From: Magnetovibrio sp.
Lineage (GTDB): Bacteria > Pseudomonadota > Alphaproteobacteria > Rhodospirillales > Magnetovibrionaceae
Reading direction: 5' to 3'
Assembly (NCBI RefSeq): GCF_036568125.1
Contig: NZ_DATCTF010000006.1
Span: forward strand, 44,082 to 108,081
DNA length: 64,000 bases
Part shown: positions 34,501-41,749 of the stretch, one piece after another
Numbering within the stretch: the stretch's first letter is position 1
Layout of the letters: each line of letters starts with the position of its first letter
Translations under genes and position numbers: made by a program
The notes under the pieces: generated by a model
What the model was told of the DNA's origin: nothing
Database searches by the model: none
Seen by the model: the letters and a program-made list of their open reading frames with translations, nothing else

Positions 34501-34950
34501 GAAATTGGTTTGGACAAGCCGCAGATGGCATTGGAACTGCTAACCCAGGAAGTCAGTCAAGATGCCGAACTGGTTCGCACCGGCGTCTACTGGCGCGCGG
34601 GCGATTGGAAAAATGCCGCCAAGTCTTTGGCCAAGGTGGTTCGGGGATTGGGCGTAAAGCCCAACAAAGCGATGAACGACAGCCAGGCCGCCGCCGTGCT
34701 GTCGTTGGCGATCGCCCATACTTTGGACGGCAACGAGGTGGCGATCACCCGCTTGCTCGAATCCTACGGTCCCGCCGTGGCCCAGACCAGCTACGCCGAC
34801 GCGTTCCGCTTGATCGCCGAACCGCCCGAGACGGGCTTGGTGAATTTTCGCGGACTGGAACCGATCGTCAAAAAAGTCGTCGATTTCCAAGGCTTCATGG
34901 AAGTCTATCGCCAGCGGATCGCCGACGGGCAACTGAGCTCATTGTACTGA
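31540..34950 (+). CDS. large secreted protein (1136 aa): N-terminal repeated beta-rich modules, Pro/Ala linker, C-terminal helical (TPR-like) repeats; function unknown
   Basis: The ATG overlaps the motB stop (TGATG) and has a GGAGG Shine-Dalgarno. Signal peptide ends VSWA-DP. The C-terminal 500 aa or so are helical-repeat-like by composition. Confidence 0.7.
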   Translation: MGRLGGILFVVALITAAVTSPSVSWADPVQVRASRGDGYGRLTFRWPQPVGHQASRDGDRLVITFSRPIEADLRPVVRGLGQLIASTEAAPNEATVVFRIKGDFSVRSYDSGASVVVDIVSAAQQPQPQTNAPQAGNVQGQQVATQQGPTVPVRVGAHDTYSRIVFDWPAATAFEVVRDGVNATIKFAKPGRANVAALAGGRTRNISGAETFVDNGNLSVTLKVDATSQIKAFASGPKVVVDVFAPGTQAAAPAVAATPAAAPEPTSIPTPAPTPVAAASAPTPPSAEGEQPPPPAAVPTAPVELAQSAPVSLEPQPAAQAAPQPAAPPVEDTRIETRAQASTIAEGAVALKFSWDEPVGAAVFRRGGDLWVIFDKRAKIDTEALIRDGAGLITSVEQVPSQNGAVLRMTTAESVNPDIKRAGLAWVLEFMSQPLIPSAPLQADSQPDSPLGARLFVAVPEPGNIIAFRDPEAGDNLIAVPVIPLGHGMSREWSYPQLSFLPSKQGVVLKPLSDDLRVRPLRQGIEVTSTGTLQISSVSAEEKANVDLQQQLAASAGMGGLGPVTRVLDLEKWKRPDLLSFTETKQDLQREVAFAKNDRAKKQSHRNLAQFFFANGFEAEALGVLQEMVRSEPDYAKEPEYLVMHGAASWMMGRMEDARTDLFNPNLDPYDEATFWRAAVVAGEGKLADAAYELRKTGSITQPYPKSLKMPTATLVAAAAVELGDVRQATQYLEVLSVDNPTQAQLDQIKYVSGKLKELSGDFDGAIADWEAVMEGRHRPSRAKAAVARTELLLKRNLFTPADAIEEYEKLRFVWRGDNYEFELLRRLGSLYLDQKFYRNGLRTLRQAATYFPNHEESNQVTKQMSDAFNFLYLKDGADILPPVTAIALYDEFRELTPPGALGDEMIRRLADRLVGVDLLDRAADLLEQQVDFRLKGEDKARVGARLALIYLLDRKYEKSLSALDKTEVPAVADALASQRVLLRAQAEIGLDKPQMALELLTQEVSQDAELVRTGVYWRAGDWKNAAKSLAKVVRGLGVKPNKAMNDSQAAAVLSLAIAHTLDGNEVAITRLLESYGPAVAQTSYADAFRLIAEPPETGLVNFRGLEPIVKKVVDFQGFMEVYRQRIADGQLSSLY

Positions 34951-34954
34951 TCGC

Positions 34955-34984
34955 GCGCGCGCGCACCGTGCGCGAAATTTTTTT
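34955..34984 (+). terminator. terminator after the 1136-aa gene
   Basis: GC-only stem CGCGCA-CCG-TGCGCG (extendable), followed by AAATTTTTTT. Confidence 0.5.
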
Positions 34985-35078
34985 ACGTAAAAAGTACGAT
35001 ATTTCTTGAACCCATAATCGCATTGGCGTATTTACCGCGCTCTTCCCTTTCGGGTCACTCTAGTTTGGGGGCGCGCTC

Positions 35079-35549
35079 ATGGACAGCAACGCACTTGCCG
35101 AATTCGAAATGAACCTGGAGGAGGCCTCCGAAATGCAGGCCGAGACCCAGACTCTCTATCCAGTGGTGGACAACACCAAAGACTACTTCATCGAACGCGA
35201 TGGGGTCCGCTATGCGGGCAACCACATCCTGGTCGAGCTGTGGGGGGCGAGCAATCTCGACGATCCCAAAACCATCGAAGACGCTCTGTGTCAGGGAGCG
35301 GTGGTTGCGGGTGCGACGATCTTGCACAGCCATTTTCATCATTTTTCACCGTATTCGGGCGTGTCCGGCGTGGTCGTGCTGGCGGAAAGCCACATTTCCA
35401 TCCATACGTGGCCGGAAAAATCTTATGCGGCGATCGACATCTTCATGTGCGGCGACTGCGATCCCCACGACGCATTGCCGTCGATCAAGATCGCGTTCCA
35501 GCCCGAAGACATGGACGTGTCCGCGTTTAAACGCGGCGTGATCAAATGA
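35079..35549 (+). CDS. speD: S-adenosylmethionine decarboxylase proenzyme (small pyruvoyl type)
   Basis: VVVLAESHISIHTWPE self-cleavage context and AAIDIFMCG. Confidence 0.85.
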   Translation: MDSNALAEFEMNLEEASEMQAETQTLYPVVDNTKDYFIERDGVRYAGNHILVELWGASNLDDPKTIEDALCQGAVVAGATILHSHFHHFSPYSGVSGVVVLAESHISIHTWPEKSYAAIDIFMCGDCDPHDALPSIKIAFQPEDMDVSAFKRGVIK

Positions 35550-36391
35550 AGCGCTTCGAGGAGCTGCTCCACAAGGGGTACGCTCAGAGCTTCGAAATCA
35601 GCACCGTTCTGTTTCACGAAAAAACCGAACATCAGGATCTGGTGATCTTTGAGACACCAACCTTCGGCCGGGTGATGGCTTTGGACAACATCGTCCAAGT
35701 CACCACGCGCGACGAATACGTCTATCACGAGATGATGACTCACGTGCCGCTGTTCGCCAAAGGGGATGCAACAGACGTGTTGATCATCGGCGGCGGCGAC
35801 GGCGGAATTTTGCGTGAAGTCTTGCGGCACGGTTCGGTCAAGAACGCCACCATGGTCGAGCTCGATCGTTCGGTCGTGGATTTGTCTGTGAAACACTTGC
35901 CGGAAATTTCCGCGGGTGCCTTCGACGATCCGCGCACCGACTTGATCATCACCGACGGGGTCAAGTTCGTGGCGGAAACGGACAAACGCTTCGACGTCAT
36001 CATCGTCGATTCCACCGACCCGGTGGGCCCCGGCGAAGTCTTGTTCACCGAAAGCTTTTATGCCGATTGCCATCGCTGCCTGAAGGACGGCGGCGTTCTG
36101 GTGACGCAAAATGGCGTGCCGTTCTTTCAAGGCGACGAAGTCACCAATACCTATCGGCGTATGGGGAAGTCGTTTTCCGACAACGGTTTTTATACCGCCG
36201 TGGTGCCGACCTACGTCGGTGGGTTTATGACGCTGGGGTGGGGAACGGACGATGCAGGTTTGCGTGATATCGATGCCGAGGTGCTGCGCACCAGGTTTCA
36301 GCAGGCAAATATCAAGACCCGCTACTATACGCCGGACCTGCACAAAGCGGCGTTCGCCTTGCCGCAGTTCATACTCGACCTGATGAACTGA
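35546..36391 (+). CDS. speE: spermidine synthase / polyamine aminopropyltransferase
   Basis: VLIIGGGDGG, MVELD, FDVIIVDSTDPVGPG. Overlaps the speD stop. Confidence 0.9.
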   Translation: MKRFEELLHKGYAQSFEISTVLFHEKTEHQDLVIFETPTFGRVMALDNIVQVTTRDEYVYHEMMTHVPLFAKGDATDVLIIGGGDGGILREVLRHGSVKNATMVELDRSVVDLSVKHLPEISAGAFDDPRTDLIITDGVKFVAETDKRFDVIIVDSTDPVGPGEVLFTESFYADCHRCLKDGGVLVTQNGVPFFQGDEVTNTYRRMGKSFSDNGFYTAVVPTYVGGFMTLGWGTDDAGLRDIDAEVLRTRFQQANIKTRYYTPDLHKAAFALPQFILDLMN

Positions 36392-36410
36392 ACCCGCATT
36401 GCGTTAAAAC

Positions 36411-36437
36411 AAAAGCCCGGCTTGCGCCGGGCTTTTT
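36411..36437. terminator. bidirectional terminator between speE and hsp20
   Basis: AAAA-GCCCGGC-TTGC-GCCGGGC-TTTTT. Confidence 0.7.
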
Positions 36438-36447
36438 ACGTTGTGTG

Positions 36448-37029
36448 TCAGCGCCCCGAAATGGGGATCTTCGTCGCTTTGGCTTTCGGCAAAGCCTTCT
36501 TGGGAAGCGTGATGTTCAGCACGCCGTTCTTGAAACTGGCTTCAGCCTTGCTCAAATCGACCGTGTCGGGAACCGGGAAGGTGCGTTTCACCGAACCGTA
36601 ATGACGTTCGGTCAGGTGATAGTCTTCGCGGTCTTCTTTTTTCTCTTCCTTCTTCTCGCCCGTGATGGTGAGCATGCCGTCGGAAACACTGACGTCGACG
36701 CCATCTTCTTCTACGCCGGGCATTTCGGCTTGGATGCGGTATGCATCATCGCTCTCGCGGACATCGGCTTTGATGCTCAGTGACGGGGCGAGCCCGGCAA
36801 ACGCATCTTCAAAACGACGAAACGGCTCGGTGCGCAGGGTGCTGCGACCGAATTCGCCGAACGGGCCGATTGCAAAGCCGGAGAAGAAATTGTCGAACAA
36901 GTGGTCGACTTCTTCGCGAAGCGCCAACAAAGGATGCTGCATACGCCCAATCGCGGGCGTCGTCTTCGTCTTGGAAGTCTCCGCGTCATCCTTTTTCGGT
37001 TTTTCGGTTTTCTTGACTTTGACCGACAT
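36448..37029 (-). CDS. Hsp20/alpha-crystallin family small heat-shock protein
   Basis: IKADVRESDDAYRIQAEMPGVEEDGVDVSVSDGMLTITGEKK...RTFPVPDTVDLSKAEASFKNGVLNITLPK. The ATG at 37029 has an AAGGAGG Shine-Dalgarno 5 nt upstream; the track start at 37044 would lie inside that Shine-Dalgarno region. Confidence 0.9.
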   Translation of the reverse strand: MSVKVKKTEKPKKDDAETSKTKTTPAIGRMQHPLLALREEVDHLFDNFFSGFAIGPFGEFGRSTLRTEPFRRFEDAFAGLAPSLSIKADVRESDDAYRIQAEMPGVEEDGVDVSVSDGMLTITGEKKEEKKEDREDYHLTERHYGSVKRTFPVPDTVDLSKAEASFKNGVLNITLPKKALPKAKATKIPISGR

Positions 37030-37122
37030 AACAGCCTCCTTCATAAAAGAGAAACTGGGGTGTGGGCTCGATCCAGCCTAGACCCTGTACGCCCTATAAG
37101 GGCGCCTTCGGGAGGTATTATA
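37030..37122 (-). promoter_or_regulatory. hsp20 leader: extended -10 promoter (TGGTATAAT) plus structured 5' UTR whose last hairpin sequesters the Shine-Dalgarno (RNA-thermometer candidate)
   Basis: mRNA sense: TGGTATAAT at 37117-37125. The UTR ends CUCUUU-UAUG-AAGGAG (37036-37051), pairing the Shine-Dalgarno with one G-U wobble. Confidence 0.4.
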
Positions 37123-37158
37123 CCACAACTTTTGGTGAAACGAGAGCGCTTGCCGCAG

Positions 37159-37953
37159 CTAACCGCCGTAACTGCGCACCAGTGAGCCGACGATCAAGTA
37201 CCAGCCGTCAACCAACACGAAGAAGATGATTTTGAACGGCAGTGCGATCATGATCGGCGGCAGCATCATCATACCCATAGCCATCAGGACCGATGCGACC
37301 ACCATGTCGATGATGAGAAACGGCACGAACAGCAAAAAGCCGATCTCGAACGCGCGTCTGAGTTCCGAAATCATGAACGCCGGGATCAACACCCGCATGG
37401 GCATGTTCTGGGCGACGTCTTGATCGGTGAGGCCGGCCATATCGACGAACAGCGCCAAATCCTGCTCGCGAACGTGGGTCATCATGAAGTTTTCAAACGG
37501 CACGATGGCGCGGTTGAACGCCTGGGTCTCGTCGATGGTGCCGTCGATCAATGGTTGCAAGGCATCGTCGTAAGTGGCCTGCAGGGTCGGCATCATGATG
37601 AACATGGTGAGAAACAGCGCCAACGAGATCAGCACTTGGTTGGGCGGGGTTTGCTGGGTGCCAATCGCCGTGCGAAGAAACGACAGCACCACCACGATGC
37701 GCGTAAACGAGGTCATCATGATCAGGATCGACGGCGACAGGGTGAGAACCGTCAGCAGTAATACCAACTGAACGATGCGTCCCGTTGTCGATGCCCCGGC
37801 GGCGGGGCCCAGGTCCAGCGTCACGCTTTGCGCCAAGGCGTCAATGGGCGCGACCCAAAACAATCCACTCACAGCTAGGGTGAAAAGCGTCAGCTTGAGC
37901 ATAGGCTTAAGCAGGGGGGCTGCGACTTTACGGGTCAGGGAAAACGTCTTCAT
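37159..37953 (-). CDS. fliP: flagellar type III export pore protein FliP
   Basis: SILIMMTSFTRIVVVLSFLRTAIGTQQTPPNQVLISLALFLTMFIMMP and FLLFVPFLIIDMVVASVLMAMGMMMLPP. Confidence 0.95.
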   Translation of the reverse strand: MKTFSLTRKVAAPLLKPMLKLTLFTLAVSGLFWVAPIDALAQSVTLDLGPAAGASTTGRIVQLVLLLTVLTLSPSILIMMTSFTRIVVVLSFLRTAIGTQQTPPNQVLISLALFLTMFIMMPTLQATYDDALQPLIDGTIDETQAFNRAIVPFENFMMTHVREQDLALFVDMAGLTDQDVAQNMPMRVLIPAFMISELRRAFEIGFLLFVPFLIIDMVVASVLMAMGMMMLPPIMIALPFKIIFFVLVDGWYLIVGSLVRSYGG

Positions 37954-38300
37954 GCCGTGTCCTTCGTTCCCTGCGGTGCGACGTTCTCGAGCGCCTCGGT
38001 GAAGGTGTCCGCTGCGGGGCCTTTCACCGGCGGCGGGGCAATGGAACTTTCCACGACGGTCTCTGAATCCGGGCCCAAGATAATCAGGTGTTCAACGCTG
38101 TCGCGGCGCAACAAGATGGCGCGCCGCTTGGTGTCGATAGGCAGAATTTCCACTAGGCTCAGGCGTCGATCCTGACCTTTGCGAATGGGCTGCGTGGACA
38201 TGCCGAAACCGTACCGGCGCACAAGGACGCTGAGCACACCGATCAAGCCCAGCACGAACAGCAAGGCAAACACAAAACGTAAGTAGTTTCCAAGATCCAT
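37950..38300 (-). CDS. fliO: flagellar biosynthesis protein FliO
   Basis: A single TM, then RRLSLVEILPIDTKRRAILLRRDSVEHLIILG. Overlaps the fliP start. Confidence 0.7.
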   Translation of the reverse strand: MDLGNYLRFVFALLFVLGLIGVLSVLVRRYGFGMSTQPIRKGQDRRLSLVEILPIDTKRRAILLRRDSVEHLIILGPDSETVVESSIAPPPVKGPAADTFTEALENVAPQGTKDTA

Positions 38301-38439
38301 AGCTTCAGACCATACGCGTTTTGCGGGTTGCGGAAAACTCAGGGGGTGCGAGCCCTAGAGCTGCTTGGTTCTGATGGGTAGGCGCGGCGCGCCCGTTTTT
38401 ACAAAGTGCGTCGATTCGCATTCTGGGCGCCAGCACGGA

Positions 38440-38760
38440 TCATTTCTTTTTCGGCCCATAGGCGTCGTGGGCTTCGCGGTGACGGATGGCGTTGATGCTA
38501 TCTTCCATCGCCTGGTGATGGGTTTGTAGGTCTTGTTCCAAGACGTCCAAGGCATCGATCAGCGCTTGCAAATGCTCTTTGTACGTGGCGGCTACCTCCG
38601 GTGCGGCGGCGGAGATGGCCTGAGTGATGGCGCGCACGCGCTCTTCCATGGCGCTGAGATCGACGTGACGACCTTCGCCCATCAAACGCCGCGCGCCGGA
38701 AATCAGACTGGCGGCTTTTTCCAGTTCCTCACGGATCGTCGCTTCACTCATATCGGTCAT
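38440..38760 (-). CDS. hypothetical small helical protein (106 aa), translationally coupled to the FlhB-C-domain gene
   Basis: The ATG at 38760 overlaps the upstream stop (ATGA). Predicted all-helical and acidic, then His-rich (QDLQTHHQAMEDSINAIRHREAHD). Confidence 0.55.
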   Translation of the reverse strand: MTDMSEATIREELEKAASLISGARRLMGEGRHVDLSAMEERVRAITQAISAAAPEVAATYKEHLQALIDALDVLEQDLQTHHQAMEDSINAIRHREAHDAYGPKKK

Positions 38761-39077
38761 CGGCGACCTCCACCGCTGGGTTTGCGTTGCGGGCCCAAGC
38801 CTTCGGGCCATTGGTTGTTTTTCTCGTATACATAGGACAGGATTTCCGCGACCACGGTGAAGGCTTCCAGCGGGATTTCACTGTCCACATCCACCTGCGC
38901 CAAAATCTGCGCCAGATTGGCATCGGAACGAACTTCGATGCCGTTGGATTCGGCGATTTCGATGATTTGCTGCGCCAGCCAACCTTGCCCTTTGGCCACC
39001 ACGCGGGGGGCCTGATCTTGCCCGGGCTGATAGGTCAGGGCGACGGCCACATCCTCATCATCGATTTCGTCGCTCAT
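38757..39077 (-). CDS. stand-alone FlhB C-terminal-domain protein (EscU/YscU/FlhB-CC like, YlqH type)
   Basis: AVALTYQPGQDQAPRVVAKGQGWLAQQIIEIAESNGIEVRSDANLAQILAQVDVDSEIPLEAFTVVAEILSYVY parallels the FlhB segment VALEY...APKLVAKGVDSLALKIREVAEENEVPIVENPPLARALYAAVELDEEIPVEHYQAVAEIIGYI seen at 41750..42811. It has no NPTH site. Confidence 0.75.
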   Translation of the reverse strand: MSDEIDDEDVAVALTYQPGQDQAPRVVAKGQGWLAQQIIEIAESNGIEVRSDANLAQILAQVDVDSEIPLEAFTVVAEILSYVYEKNNQWPEGLGPQRKPSGGGRR

Positions 39078-39353
39078 TACGCGATTATCCCGAATTTCTT
39101 CGTTTCAAGTTCCGTAGCGTGACAGATGGCGCTTAACATCCTCTGAATCGCGTGCATGAATTTATGGGGAATCGTCATGCGTGTGCGGGAAAGGGGCGAT
39201 TCATTGAATCTTAAAACGTCTGCGCGAGACTCCGTACATAAGCTTTCCGTTCCAGAAAGGGACATTTGGGGCCCAGAATGGGATCACACCTGAGTAAGGG
39301 GTGAGATGTCTGCAGTCGTGCTGAATTTCGTGACGTCAGTTGGTGAATGAGAG

Positions 39354-39764
39354 ATGGATCTCAATAAACTCACACTGTTTGGATTGGTTAAGGGACACAT
39401 GGGCTGGCTGACCCGCCGCCAGGAAGTTCTTGCCCAAAACGTGGCCAACGCCGATACGCCGAAATACAAACCTCAAGACCTCAAGGCTTTGAATTTTAAG
39501 GATATGATGAGAAAGCAACAGCAGACTCAATTGAATGCTGTGACGACTTCTCCGATGCATATGGCCGGTGCACGACGCGCGACATCGCCGTTTGCGGGCG
39601 AAGAAAACCGCACGCCCTATGAAACCGCACCGGACGGCAACGCCGTGGTGCTGGAAGAGCAGATGGCAAAAATCGGCGAAACGCAAATGCAATACCAGCT
39701 CACCAACGAGCTCTATCGCAAGCACATCGGTATGATCAAAATCGCAATTGGCAAGGGCCGCTAA
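39354..39764 (+). CDS. flgB: flagellar proximal rod protein FlgB
   Basis: RQEVLAQNVANADTPKYKPQDL and QLTNELYRKHIGMIKIAIG. Confidence 0.9.
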   Translation: MDLNKLTLFGLVKGHMGWLTRRQEVLAQNVANADTPKYKPQDLKALNFKDMMRKQQQTQLNAVTTSPMHMAGARRATSPFAGEENRTPYETAPDGNAVVLEEQMAKIGETQMQYQLTNELYRKHIGMIKIAIGKGR

Positions 39765-39824
39765 GGCCCACTTTGGGCCGTTTGAGGCCAGAGGATAAGG
39801 CGCAAGGGCGTCAGGAAGGACGAC

Positions 39825-40235
39825 ATGGACGATCTGCTCAGAACATTGCGGATTTCCGCAGCGGGTATGAAAGCCCAAGGCACGCGCTTGCGCGTGGTTT
39901 CGGAGAACGTCGCCAACGCCGATTCGCTGCCGACCCAGCCCGGCGGCTTGCCTTACCGTCGCAAAGTCGTGACCTTTCGTAACGAACTCGACCGTGCCAT
40001 CGGCGTCGATACCGTGCGCATCGACCGCATCAAAACGGATCAGTCGGAATTTCAGCGCCGCTACGATCCGGCTCACCCGGCCGCGGGTGCGGACGGCTAC
40101 GTGCTGGCACCGAACGTCAATTCGTTGGTGGAAATGATGGACATGCGTGAAGCGCAGCGCTCCTACGAAGCCAACCTCAACGTTATCAAGTCTTCCAAGA
40201 CCATGCTGCAAAGCGCCATCGGTCTTTTGCGCTAA
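39825..40235 (+). CDS. flgC: flagellar proximal rod protein FlgC
   Basis: ISAAGMKAQGTRLRVVSENVANADS and PNVNSLVEMMDMREAQRSYEANLNVIK. Confidence 0.95.
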   Translation: MDDLLRTLRISAAGMKAQGTRLRVVSENVANADSLPTQPGGLPYRRKVVTFRNELDRAIGVDTVRIDRIKTDQSEFQRRYDPAHPAAGADGYVLAPNVNSLVEMMDMREAQRSYEANLNVIKSSKTMLQSAIGLLR

Positions 40236-40272
40236 GTCTTTGGTTTAAATTATTAATTTTGGAGTATGAGCC

Positions 40273-40605
40273 ATGGCCATCAATCCCAATGTGAACATTG
40301 CCCAGGCCGCTCAGTTGTACAATCAGGCCCAGCAAACCGGCATAACGCCCAATGCGATCCCGACCCAGGACATTCAGCCGAACGTACCGGGGCCGTTTTC
40401 CAACTTGGTCTCGGGGTACCTGAATCAGGCCACCCAATTGGGACAAACCAGTGAGCAATTGGCTATCCAGGGCATTCAGAACCAAGCCAATCTGACCGAT
40501 GTGGTGACGGCGGTAAGTGAGGCGGAAGTGACTTTGCAAACGGTTGTTGCAGTTCGCGACAAGGTCGTTGAAGCTTACCGAGAGATTCTCCGCATGCCGA
40601 TGTAA
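40273..40605 (+). CDS. fliE: flagellar hook-basal body complex protein FliE
   Basis: C-terminal LTDVVTAVSEAEVTLQTVVAVRDKVVEAYREILRMPM. Confidence 0.85.
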   Translation: MAINPNVNIAQAAQLYNQAQQTGITPNAIPTQDIQPNVPGPFSNLVSGYLNQATQLGQTSEQLAIQGIQNQANLTDVVTAVSEAEVTLQTVVAVRDKVVEAYREILRMPM

Positions 40606-40672
40606 TCGTGGCGGAGGTTCGCCGGTAGCCGCAGGGGGGCCGGAAGCCGTACGGGGTCTGTGAGCCGAAACC

Positions 40673-40939
40673 ATGAACCAAACCGATGTCCTTGATATTG
40701 CACAGGGTGCGCTGTGGGTCGTGCTGCTGTCGGCCGGACCGATCATGATGGCTGGCCTATTGATAGGTTTGATCATCGCGCTGTTCCAAGCGCTGACCAC
40801 CATTCAGGAAATGACCCTGACGTTCGTGCCCAAGATCATCATTATCTTTATCGCGATCGTGGTTTTCCTGCCCTATATGATGACGACGGTGATCGAATAT
40901 TCCCTGACTCTGTTCGATCGTATCGCGACGGTCGGTTAG
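40673..40939 (+). CDS. fliQ: flagellar export apparatus protein FliQ
   Basis: 88 aa with two TM segments: GPIMMAGLLIGLIIALFQALTTIQEMTLTFVPKI. Confidence 0.9.
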   Translation: MNQTDVLDIAQGALWVVLLSAGPIMMAGLLIGLIIALFQALTTIQEMTLTFVPKIIIIFIAIVVFLPYMMTTVIEYSLTLFDRIATVG

Positions 40940-40954
40940 GCCGGGTCGCGGGAC

Positions 40955-41722
40955 ATGTTGAGCGAACTGATCAACCTCAACCTTTTCGCCTTTTTACTGA
41001 TTTTCGCGCGGATCGGTACCGCGTTTTCGCTGATGCCGGGTTTCGGCTCCCAACAGGTTCCCATGACGGCGCGGTTGGTGTTTGCCTTGCTGGTGAGCCT
41101 CCTGGTCACGCCCATTCTCTTACCCATCATCCCTACCGAACCGGCAGCGCCGTCGGTGCTGGTTCTACTGCTGATTTCCGAAGTGTTGATCGGTGCGTTT
41201 TTGGGTACGATTCCGCGTATTTTTCTCGGTTCTCTGCAAACGGCGGGAACGATTTTGGCGATGGTGTCGTCAATGGCGAACTCGTTTATTCAAGATCCCA
41301 TTTCTGAGCAGCAAAGCGCGGTCTTGTCGACATTCATCAGCACCGTAGCGATTACACTCGTATTCGTCACCGATACCCATCACCTGATGTTGATGGCGGT
41401 GGTGGACAGTTACAACCTGTTCGTGCCCGCGGAGGGCGTTCAGGTCGGAGACATGACCGACTACATCGCCCATCGCGTTGCCGACAGCTTTCGCATCGGG
41501 GTGCAAATATCTTCTCCGCTGGTGGTGTCGGGCGTGGCGTATTATCTTGTGTTGGGCATCATGGGGCGTTTGATGCCGCAGTTGCCGGTGTTTTTCTTCG
41601 GCATGCCCATTCAGATCGCCATGCAGATATGGATACTGATCCTGTCTCTCAGTGGAATGATGATAGTGTTCATGCGCTATTTCGAGGGCAATTTGTACAA
41701 TTTCTTGATTCCACTGGGTTGA
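40955..41722 (+). CDS. fliR: flagellar export apparatus protein FliR
   Basis: Polytopic membrane protein. FLLIFARIGTAFSLMPGFG N-terminus. Position between fliQ and flhB. Confidence 0.9.
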   Translation: MLSELINLNLFAFLLIFARIGTAFSLMPGFGSQQVPMTARLVFALLVSLLVTPILLPIIPTEPAAPSVLVLLLISEVLIGAFLGTIPRIFLGSLQTAGTILAMVSSMANSFIQDPISEQQSAVLSTFISTVAITLVFVTDTHHLMLMAVVDSYNLFVPAEGVQVGDMTDYIAHRVADSFRIGVQISSPLVVSGVAYYLVLGIMGRLMPQLPVFFFGMPIQIAMQIWILILSLSGMMIVFMRYFEGNLYNFLIPLG

Positions 41723-41749
41723 TAGAGCCGTTGCGGGTATTGGGGTGAT

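Noticed and set aside
39166-39180. sigma54-like GGGGAATCGTCATGC upstream of flgB.
   Set aside because: The -24 element is poor (no TGGCAC). It lies 174 nt from the ATG, and there are no upstream dyads. It cannot be told apart from chance in GC-rich DNA.
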